Source: an uncultured Actinomycetota bacterium (GTDB lineage Bacteria > Actinomycetota > Thermoleophilia > Solirubrobacterales > Solirubrobacteraceae). From it: a stretch of DNA of 64,000 nt. Both the position numbers and the translations under genes were made by a program. The notes beneath the pieces were generated by a model. It was given only the letters and a program-made list of their open reading frames with translations, was not told the origin of the DNA and ran no database searches. Within the stretch, counting starts at the first letter, position 1. Each line of letters opens with the position of its first letter. Location: positions 84,939 to 148,938 of the forward strand of contig CAVTRM010000010.1 of NCBI GenBank assembly GCA_963737115.1. The letters run 5' to 3'. Shown here one piece after another: positions 56,802 to 64,000 of the stretch.

Positions 56802-58148
56802 CTAGCGAGCTGAGCGAATCATGCCCGCGGCGACGGTGTCGCCGTTGGACTCGTCGATCAGGATGAAACTGCCGGTGGTGCGGTTGCGTGCGTACGGGTC
56901 GATCACCAGCGGGGTTGAGGTCCGCAGGTGCAGGCGCCCGATCTCGTTCAGCTGCAGCTCGGTCGCCTCCTGGTCACGGTCGAGCGTTTTCACGTCCACT
57001 ACCCACTCGATCTTGTCGATGATCGCGCGGGCTGAGCGGGTCGTGTGCTTGATCGCGTAGCGGCCACCGACGCTCATCGGTGTTTCGCTCATCCAGCAAA
57101 CCATTGCCTCGATTTCGCGGGCAACTGTCGGCGCCTCCTCGAGGTCGACGATCATGTCGCCGCGGGAGATGTCAATGTCGTCCTCGAGTCGGATCGCGAC
57201 CGACATCGATGGGAACGCCACTTCGAGTTCTTCCTCAAAGGCGTCAATCGCCTTGATCTTGGTCTTGCGACCGCTCGGGAGCACCATCACGTCCTTGCCG
57301 GGGCGGATTTCCCCAGCGGAGATCTGACCGGCGTAACCGCGGTAGTCGTGATGCTCGTCGCTCATTGGACGGATCACCCACTGCACCGGGAAACGGATGT
57401 CGGTGAGGTTGCGGTCGGTGGCAATCACCACGTGCTCGAGGTGGTAGAGCAGCGACGGCCCCTGGTACCAGGGCATGTTGGCCGAGCGATCCACCACGTT
57501 GTCGCCGGCCAGCGCCGAGATCGGGATGAACACCACGTCCTGGATCGACAGCCGCGCGGCCCAGTCGGTCATCTCGTCGACGATCTCGTTGTAGATGTCC
57601 TCGCTGAAGTCGACCAGGTCCATCTTGTTGATCGCGACGACCATGTGCGGAATCCGCAAAAGCGAGTTGATGTACGCGTGTCTGCGGGTCTGCTCCACGA
57701 CGCCGTTGCGGGCGTCGATCAGCACGATCGAGAGGTCGGCGGTAGAAGCGCCGGTGACCATGTTGCGCGTGTACTGCTCGTGGCCGGGGGTGTCGGCGAT
57801 GATGAACTTGCGCCCCGGACGTGCGTCGTAGCCCGTGGGGGGAGCGGAGCCGTTGTTGCCGTTCGCGATCCCGGGGAAGTCCTTCACGCCGGCGGCTGAG
57901 CCGGTGTTGAAGTAGCGGTAGGCGACGTCGATCGTGATCCCCTGCTCGCGCTCGGCACGCAGGCCGTCGGTCAGCAGCGCCAGGTTCAGATAGCCGTCGC
58001 CGCGGCGCGCCGAGGTTTCCTGAACGGCCTCCAGCTGGTCCTGCGCGATCGACTTGGTGTCATACATGAGTCGCCCGATGAGGGTCGACTTGCCGTCATC
58101 TACGGAGCCGGCTGTCGCAATCCGCAGCAGCTCACTGGTACCACTCAC
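56802..58148 (-). CDS. cysN: Sulfate adenylyltransferase subunit 1 (GTPase), no APS kinase fusion
   Basis: GSVDDGKSTLIGRL, DGLRAEREQGITIDVAYRYF, ADTPGHEQYTRNM, NKMD. Confidence 0.96.
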   Translation of the reverse strand: MSGTSELLRIATAGSVDDGKSTLIGRLMYDTKSIAQDQLEAVQETSARRGDGYLNLALLTDGLRAEREQGITIDVAYRYFNTGSAAGVKDFPGIANGNNGSAPPTGYDARPGRKFIIADTPGHEQYTRNMVTGASTADLSIVLIDARNGVVEQTRRHAYINSLLRIPHMVVAINKMDLVDFSEDIYNEIVDEMTDWAARLSIQDVVFIPISALAGDNVVDRSANMPWYQGPSLLYHLEHVVIATDRNLTDIRFPVQWVIRPMSDEHHDYRGYAGQISAGEIRPGKDVMVLPSGRKTKIKAIDAFEEELEVAFPSMSVAIRLEDDIDISRGDMIVDLEEAPTVAREIEAMVCWMSETPMSVGGRYAIKHTTRSARAIIDKIEWVVDVKTLDRDQEATELQLNEIGRLHLRTSTPLVIDPYARNRTTGSFILIDESNGDTVAAGMIRSAR

Positions 58149-59080
58149 TAGAAATAACCCTCGCGTTTGCGGTCTTCCATCGCAGCCTCGGAGACTCGAT
58201 CGTCGGCGCGGGTCTCCCCGCGTTCGGTGATGCGCGTGGCGGCAATCTCGGTCACGACCTGCTCCAGGGTCGCTGCAGTTGAACGGACGGCGCCCGTGCA
58301 GGTCATGTCACCGACGGTGCGGTAGCGCACCGACTCGGTGAACGGCTCCTCGCCATCCATCAGCTCGATGTAGGGGTTCATCGCGTACAGCATGTTGTCG
58401 CGCTGGAACACCTCACGCTCGTGGCTGAAGTAGATGTGTGGCAGCTCCAGCTGCTCCTGGTCGATGTACTGCCAGACATCCATCTCGGTCCAGTTGGAGA
58501 TCGGAAACGCCCGCACGCCCTCGCCCTTGCGGATCTGCCCGTTGTAGAGCGACCACAGCTCGGGGCGCTGCTTCTTTGGATCCCACTGACCAAAATCGTC
58601 GCGGAAGCTGAACACGCGCTCCTTGGCACGCGCCTTCTCCTCGTCGCGGCGGGCGCCGCCGAACGCGGCGTCGAACCCGTGCTCCGCGATCGCGTCGAGC
58701 AGCGTCGTGGTCTGCAGACGGTTGCGCGAAGCGCGCGGTCCGGTCTCTTCGCGTACACGACCGGCGTCGATCGAGTCCTGCACTGAGGCGACGATCAGGC
58801 GCTCCCCGAGCTGATCCACGAGCCGGTCGCGGAACTCGATCACCTCCGGGAAGTTGTGGCCGGTGTCGACGTGCATCACCGGGAACGGGAACTTGCCCGG
58901 GCGGAAGGCCTTCTCCGCGAGCCGCATCAGCACGATCGAGTCCTTGCCGCCACTGAACAGCAGCACCGGCCGCTCGAACTGTGCTGCGACCTCACGGAAG
59001 ATGAAGATCGACTCCGCCTCGAGCGTCTGGAGGTGTGACAGCTCGTAATGCGTCGCTGCCGGATCGTCTACGGGGGTCAT
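58148..59080 (-). CDS. cysD: Sulfate adenylyltransferase subunit 2
   Basis: LFSGGKDS, GGARRDEEKARAKER, RAFPISNWTE, MEDRKREGYF. Confidence 0.97.
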   Translation of the reverse strand: MTPVDDPAATHYELSHLQTLEAESIFIFREVAAQFERPVLLFSGGKDSIVLMRLAEKAFRPGKFPFPVMHVDTGHNFPEVIEFRDRLVDQLGERLIVASVQDSIDAGRVREETGPRASRNRLQTTTLLDAIAEHGFDAAFGGARRDEEKARAKERVFSFRDDFGQWDPKKQRPELWSLYNGQIRKGEGVRAFPISNWTEMDVWQYIDQEQLELPHIYFSHEREVFQRDNMLYAMNPYIELMDGEEPFTESVRYRTVGDMTCTGAVRSTAATLEQVVTEIAATRITERGETRADDRVSEAAMEDRKREGYF

Positions 59081-59099
59081 GGTTTCCTCGGTCGGCGGC

Positions 59100-59723
59100 C
59101 TAGATGTGCAGGCCGCACTCGGTTTTGTCCTCGCCCGCCCAGCGCCCTTCGCGCCCGGAGCCGGGCAGCGTGCAGGGAGCGCAGCCGATTGACTCGTAGC
59201 CCTGATCGTGGAGCGGGTTGTAGGGAAGATCGTGTTCGAAGATGTAGCGCCAGACTTCCTTGTCGGTCCAGTCGGCCAGCGGGTTCAGCTTCCAGATGCC
59301 GCGCTTCTCGTCCTGCTCGAACTTCTTCGCGTCGGCGCGAGTCGGCGACTGCTCACGGCGGATTCCGGTGACCCATGCCGACGCGTCGCTGAGCGCCTGC
59401 TCGAGTCCGTCCACCTTGGCCTGGCCGCAGCAGTTCTGCTTGGTCCAAGGAGCTCCCGGGCTGGATGCGTCGATCACCTGGATGTCGAGCCCGAAGCGGT
59501 CCTCGAACAGCTTCCAGGTCGCGAGCGTCTCCGGGAACAGCACGCCGGTGTCGATCACGAACAGCTTCGCGTCTGGGGTGATCTCGCTGAGCATGTGCGC
59601 GAGCACCGACTCCTCCTTCTGGAAGGAGCACGCGGTCTTCAGCTTCGGATGGAAATTCTCGACCCCGTAGCGCAGCACTTCCTGCGCGGTGGCCGACTCA
59701 AGATCATGGGATGCAGTCGTCAC
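59100..59723 (-). CDS. cysH: APS/PAPS reductase (Fe-S-type APS reductase)
   Basis: IDTG, CC..K and SIGCAPCT cluster ligands, GRW, ECGLH. Confidence 0.92.
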   Translation of the reverse strand: MTTASHDLESATAQEVLRYGVENFHPKLKTACSFQKEESVLAHMLSEITPDAKLFVIDTGVLFPETLATWKLFEDRFGLDIQVIDASSPGAPWTKQNCCGQAKVDGLEQALSDASAWVTGIRREQSPTRADAKKFEQDEKRGIWKLNPLADWTDKEVWRYIFEHDLPYNPLHDQGYESIGCAPCTLPGSGREGRWAGEDKTECGLHI

Positions 59724-59830
59724 TGTTACCTCCAGCCTAGCGGGCGTGATAGAGGATGGTTTTCACGGCGTATGCCCTCCGTAAAGGGCGGCGTAAGACC
59801 TGCGTAAGGCCGTACTTTGCAGGGCTTTGC

Positions 59831-59862
59831 CGCTGCTACTGGCTTGCGGGCCAGTAGCAGCG
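59831..59862. terminator. Intra-operon hairpin after the sulfite reductase gene
   Basis: CGCTGCTACTGGC-N6-GCCAGTAGCAGCG. Confidence 0.65.
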
Positions 59863-59876
59863 AAAACAGGCCTCGA

Positions 59877-61757
59877 TCAGACCGCGCACTCGCCTTCGCC
59901 GCGCTCGACCTGGAAGGGCACATTCTTGGTCCAGTCGATGAAGTAATTCATGTTTTCGAGGTTGAACTCGACCGGTATCGCAATGTCCTTGATCTGCTGC
60001 TCAAAGGCGCCGGTACCGACCCGCGCGGCAAACTCGTTGAACTCCTCACCGTCGGAGCGCTCGGCCTCGTAGTAGCGGACCCAACGCTCAACCGCATCCG
60101 GTACGCGCTTGGCGGGAAGCCGCACCTTCAGCCGCTGACCGAACTTCACGTCGCCGTTCTCGTAGGAGCCGGCAATGTGCGGGATGTAGGCCGGGATCGT
60201 ATGCTCGCCAACCTTGATCGACGCGCCGTAGAAACCCATGTTCGCCAGATGATGCTGCGAGCAGCCGTTGGGGCAACCGCTCATCTTCACGTGGATCCGG
60301 CGCGTCAGCTCATCGTCGAGATCAAGACTGATCAGGCGCTCGCGCACGGCACGGTTGAGACCCATCGAGCTCGTGATCCCGAGCTTGCAGGAGTCAGTTC
60401 CGGGGCAGCTGACCACGTCGGTGATCTCGTTCACGCCGTGATCGGCGAGGCCGAGCGGCTGCAGCGCCTTCCAGACCTCGTAGACGGACTCGTCTCGGAC
60501 CCAGCGCAGCACCAGATTCTGCTGAACGGTCGTGCGGGCCCAGCCGCCGCTGTATTCGCGCATGATCGCAGCCAGGGCACGCAGCTGCTCGGGCGTGAGA
60601 TCGCCGCGGTCGACCTTGATCGCGACCGTCGAGAAGCCCTTCTGCTTCTGCGGCTGCACGTTGGTCGCCAGGAACTTGTCGAATTCGCGCTTGTCGCCGT
60701 TGGGCTCCGCCGAGCTGAGCGGCTTGACGGGCGCATTCGCCTGCTCGTCGATGATCATCAGCAGCGGCTCTGGGTCGAAGTCGCGCTCGTTGACCCAGTC
60801 CTGTGCGAGTTCGTCGTCGACGAGCTCACGGAACGCGTCCATGCCGATCTTGTCGACCAGCACCTTGATGCGGGCGCGGGCACGGTTCACGCGCAGGAAG
60901 TCTTGACGGTCAAAGATCCGGAAGACGGCCTCGGCCACCTTCAGGTAGTCGCCGTTGTCGAGCTCGACGAACTCGTAGAGCACGGGCGCCAGGCGCGGCA
61001 TGATGCTGGTACCGCCGCCGACGCGGATCTCGACTCCGCGCACGCCCTGATCGTTGACGCGCGGCGTGAACGCGATGTCGTGAATCTGGGTGATCGCGTT
61101 GTCCTGATCAGTCGCGGTGAACGCGGTCTTGATCTTGCGTGGCATCAGCTGCGTGGTCGGGTGACGCACGAAGTAACGCACGTACGCGCCCGCGTACGGG
61201 GTGATGTCAAACAGTTCGTCTTCGAGCAGCCCGGCACGTGGATCGCCGGTCACGTTGCGCACGGTGTTGCCGCAGCCTTCGCGACTGGAGAGGCCGGACT
61301 CGGAGATCTCGCGCAGCATGTCCGTGACCTGATCCAGCGGGATGTGGTGAATCTGGAAGCACTGACGGGTGGTGATGTGGGCCTTGCGCAGTGGTGCGTA
61401 GGTCTCGGAGACGGATGCAAACGCTTCCAGTTGCTCCGGGGTGACGCCGCCCATCGGGAGCTTCACGCGCACCATCTGAACCCCGGGCTGACGCTGTCCG
61501 TAGACGCCCTGGCGCAACCGGAACTTGATGAACTCGTCCTCTTCGGTCTTGCCGTCGAGGAAGTCCTTGGCCTCGGTGCTGAAGTCGTCGAACTCGTGCT
61601 GGAGGATCGGGATGACATGTCCCGGTACGTTGACGAGAACTTCCGGATTCTCCAGCGAACCCTGCTTCGCGACCCTGCTGTGCTCCCCCGCCTGCATGCC
61701 CGAATCCTGGGTCCTGGTCTGGGTTTCGGTCTCTGTGTCGATCGGAGCCTGCGCCAT
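59877..61757 (-). CDS. Ferredoxin-type sulfite (nitrite/sulfite) reductase hemoprotein
   Basis: RL..GVYGQRQ, HITTRQ, GN.VRNV, PRKIK, siroheme/Fe-S ligands CPGTDSC and SGCPNGC; heads the cys operon. Confidence 0.93.
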   Translation of the reverse strand: MAQAPIDTETETQTRTQDSGMQAGEHSRVAKQGSLENPEVLVNVPGHVIPILQHEFDDFSTEAKDFLDGKTEEDEFIKFRLRQGVYGQRQPGVQMVRVKLPMGGVTPEQLEAFASVSETYAPLRKAHITTRQCFQIHHIPLDQVTDMLREISESGLSSREGCGNTVRNVTGDPRAGLLEDELFDITPYAGAYVRYFVRHPTTQLMPRKIKTAFTATDQDNAITQIHDIAFTPRVNDQGVRGVEIRVGGGTSIMPRLAPVLYEFVELDNGDYLKVAEAVFRIFDRQDFLRVNRARARIKVLVDKIGMDAFRELVDDELAQDWVNERDFDPEPLLMIIDEQANAPVKPLSSAEPNGDKREFDKFLATNVQPQKQKGFSTVAIKVDRGDLTPEQLRALAAIMREYSGGWARTTVQQNLVLRWVRDESVYEVWKALQPLGLADHGVNEITDVVSCPGTDSCKLGITSSMGLNRAVRERLISLDLDDELTRRIHVKMSGCPNGCSQHHLANMGFYGASIKVGEHTIPAYIPHIAGSYENGDVKFGQRLKVRLPAKRVPDAVERWVRYYEAERSDGEEFNEFAARVGTGAFEQQIKDIAIPVEFNLENMNYFIDWTKNVPFQVERGEGECAV

Positions 61758-61885
61758 AACGTTCCTCTACTAGCTGGTTGGGGCGGTTGGTTCGTTGGAA
61801 AAGTGGGGTTGCGTCGGACGCCTAAGGCGCCCTGTTTCGGCCGGGCTTCGAGCTGGGTCGAACTGGCCGAACCGTTAATCTACCA

Positions 61886-61910
61886 AAACCCGACCGGCTT
61901 ATAGGAGTTT
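61886..61910. promoter_or_regulatory. Candidate Rrf2-family (CymR/IscR-like) operator upstream of the cys operon
   Basis: AAACCCGACCGGCTTATAGGAGTTT imperfect palindrome next to a minus-strand TAGATT -10 (61877-82). Confidence 0.45.
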
Positions 61911-62058
61911 CAGGTTTACCGGCTGCCCAGGTCGACGGCCGACGCCAGTCGCGCGCCTGAACGGAGCGCGTTGCTGGGCGGCTCCAATGACGCGGTCGGC
62001 CTGGGGTGCTCGAGTGGCGCAGTCGGCTAGGGTGCTCGATTGGCGGCTGATGCCGGTG

Positions 62059-62265
62059 TCAGCGTTCCCAGGGCGCCGGAGGCTCCGGCTGGCGCGTCAC
62101 GCCTTCATGCAGCGCGTATTGCTTCCACGTGTCCAGCTTCGGCTCCTCGACGACCGGAACCGGAGCCGTATCGCGCATGAACTGCTCGAGCGCGGCCACC
62201 ACGGCCGCGGCTTCCTCGGGTGAGGCGCCGGGCGCGATCAGCTCGATTTGAGGACGGCGGTTCAT
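62059..62265 (-). CDS. Acyl-CoA carboxylase epsilon subunit-like protein
   Basis: 68 aa, (A)SPEEAAAVVAAL...W pattern; near the carboxyltransferase gene. Confidence 0.75.
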   Translation of the reverse strand: MNRRPQIELIAPGASPEEAAAVVAALEQFMRDTAPVPVVEEPKLDTWKQYALHEGVTRQPEPPAPWER

Positions 62266-62299
62266 CTCGGTGAGCGTACCGGGATGTTCAGCGGCGCGG

Positions 62300-63391
62300 T
62301 CAGCTGCGCCCGCCGACCGAGCTCAGCAGCGTCGGCTTGAGCGGACTCAGCCCGAGGTTCTGTTTCAGCGCCAGCACCGCGCGGGCGGCCTGCTGCACTC
62401 GGCTGGCGCCGAGCGATCCCGAGTTCACATCCGTGAGCAAAGCGCGATAGGTGCCGATCGCCTTCGACGTCGACCCCGGGTACATGAGCATGTCGACGCC
62501 GGCGGCGGCGGCGCGTCGTGCGGGGTGACTCCACGCGTTCAGGGCCCCGCTGTCGATCGCGTCGCTGACGGTCACCGCATCGATGCCGTCGGCCGGTATG
62601 ACCGTGTTGTAGATCGTCGGTGACATGACCGCGGGCAGTGAGCCTGTGAGGTGCGAATACGACGCGCTCGAGACCATCACCAGCGAGGTCGGTCCGTGTC
62701 CGCAGCGGCGGTATGCGGCGTCGTCCTTGTAGATCGTCGAGCTTGATTGATTGATCGCAACGGGCTGCACGTCGGTGCTGTTGATCGCGTCTCCGAGGCC
62801 GGGAAAGTGCTTCAGCGTGTAGGCGACCCCGCCGCTCTTCAAACCGGCCGCGAAGGCACACGCGGCGTCCGCCACAGTCGTGGCGTTGCTGCCGAAGGTG
62901 CGCTGCTCCTGGGTCATGAAGCCGTCGACCGCGGACACATCGGAGACCGGGGCGAGATCAACGTTGACGCCGGCGCCCTTCAGCATCTCGCCGGTTTCGA
63001 GCCCCTGCAAACGCGCCACCATCGGGTTCGACATCTTGTCCGCGGGGTAAGCCGGCGGGCCCGGTAGACGCTCGACCTCGCCACCCTCTTGGTCGGTCAT
63101 GATCAGCAGCCCGGGGTTTCCGCCTGCTCGCGCGGCGGCCTGCATCTTCGTCGCAGCGGCCTCCGTGACCGTGACGCTGCCGGCAGTGTTATCGCCCATC
63201 AAGATCACCGACCCGACTTGGCCCTGACGGATAGCGGTGAGCAGTGCCTGCGGCGGAGTCGGCCCCTCGTATCCGGCGATGATCATCTGTCCCACCGCCC
63301 GCGCGTTGGTCTGCGCCGGCGAGGGGCCGGAGGTCATCGCGGGCATGCCAAATGCGGTAGCCAGGATCGCCATGCCGACGGAAACCATCAT
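62300..63391 (-). CDS. Secreted glycoside hydrolase family 3 (NagZ-like, N-terminal domain only)
   Basis: GQMII, TDQEGG.V.RL, NVDLAPV.D, RTFG, KHFPGLG, VSDA. Confidence 0.88.
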   Translation of the reverse strand: MMVSVGMAILATAFGMPAMTSGPSPAQTNARAVGQMIIAGYEGPTPPQALLTAIRQGQVGSVILMGDNTAGSVTVTEAAATKMQAAARAGGNPGLLIMTDQEGGEVERLPGPPAYPADKMSNPMVARLQGLETGEMLKGAGVNVDLAPVSDVSAVDGFMTQEQRTFGSNATTVADAACAFAAGLKSGGVAYTLKHFPGLGDAINSTDVQPVAINQSSSTIYKDDAAYRRCGHGPTSLVMVSSASYSHLTGSLPAVMSPTIYNTVIPADGIDAVTVSDAIDSGALNAWSHPARRAAAAGVDMLMYPGSTSKAIGTYRALLTDVNSGSLGASRVQQAARAVLALKQNLGLSPLKPTLLSSVGGRS

Positions 63392-63480
63392 CGCTTCACC
63401 ATAGCCAGGGCCGTCCCAGCCCGGTGCATCCGGTCAGCGCTGAATGTGGTGGTCGCTGGAGCCCGTCGGGCAGCCGGGCC

Positions 63481-64000
63481 CTAGAGCGGGATGTTGCCGT
63501 GCTTGCGGCGGGGCCCCGGCTGGCGCTTGGTCTGCAGCATGTGCAGCGCGTCGATCACCTTGTGACGGGTCTCCGAGGGAATGATCACGTCGTCGATGTA
63601 GCCACGCTCAGCCGCGATATACGGGTTCGCGAAGTGCGCCTTGTAGTCGTCGATCAGTGCCGCGCGGCGCTCCTCCGGCGTCGGTGAAGCGGCGATGTCG
63701 CGGCGGTAGACGATGTTCACCGCGCCCTCGGCACCCATCACCGCTACCTCGGCCGTCGGCCAGGCGAAGTTCATGTCGGCACCGAGGTGCTTGGAGCCCA
63801 TCACGTCGTAGGCGCCGCCGTAGGACTTGCGGGTGATGACGGTGATCTTCGGGACCGTCGCCTCCGCATAGGCGTAGAGCAACTTCGCGCCGTGGCGGAT
63901 AATCCCCTCCCACTCCTGCGCGGTGCCGGGCAAAAACCCGGGGACGTCGCAGAAGGTCAGGATCGGAACATTGAACGCATCACACGTACGGATGAACCTG
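63481..64000 (-). CDS. Acyl-CoA carboxylase beta (carboxyltransferase) subunit, partial (3' part)
   Basis: [50 protein letters not shown]; runs off the window end. Confidence 0.95.
   Translation of the reverse strand, partial: RFIRTCDAFNVPILTFCDVPGFLPGTAQEWEGIIRHGAKLLYAYAEATVPKITVITRKSYGGAYDVMGSKHLGADMNFAWPTAEVAVMGAEGAVNIVYRRDIAASPTPEERRAALIDDYKAHFANPYIAAERGYIDDVIIPSETRHKVIDALHMLQTKRQPGPRRKHGNIPL

Noticed and set aside
50359..61904. Long antisense ORFs (50359-52362, 59817-61904; likewise 25759-27540 and 40867-42153 elsewhere in the window)
   Set aside because: Shadow frames of well-supported genes, expected at high GC; no recognisable motifs.

Overview
High-GC actinobacterial chromosomal window. 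Gene content and protein style suggest Thermoleophilia/Solirubrobacterales (inference). Housekeeping blocks: gltA, dcd, sucCD, acyl-CoA carboxylase subunits, sir-cysH-cysD-cysN, LigC/PrimPolC and gadB. Five accessory items stand out. (1) A TPP riboswitch sits in front of an Opp/Dpp-family ABC transporter operon that has no ATPase gene. (2) A compact, translationally coupled VirB2/VirB6/SCO6880/VirB4/VirD4-like operon has no relaxase or integrase in the window and is divergent from an ECF sigma across a highly symmetric intergenic region. (3) A 2369-aa repeat adhesin carries 15 DUF11-type repeats of two alternating kinds. (4) A fused ECF sigma/zinc anti-sigma gene is flanked by two identical ECF-type promoter motifs (TGTAAGAA-N14-CGTCT), each followed by a three-hairpin candidate sRNA with C-rich loops; a third motif copy overlaps the start of the lipoprotein-adhesin operon. 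(5) Four paralogous secreted beta-propeller proteins lie in tandem and share a Lys-rich C-terminal domain. All calls were made by eye from the sequence; no searches or folding programs were run.
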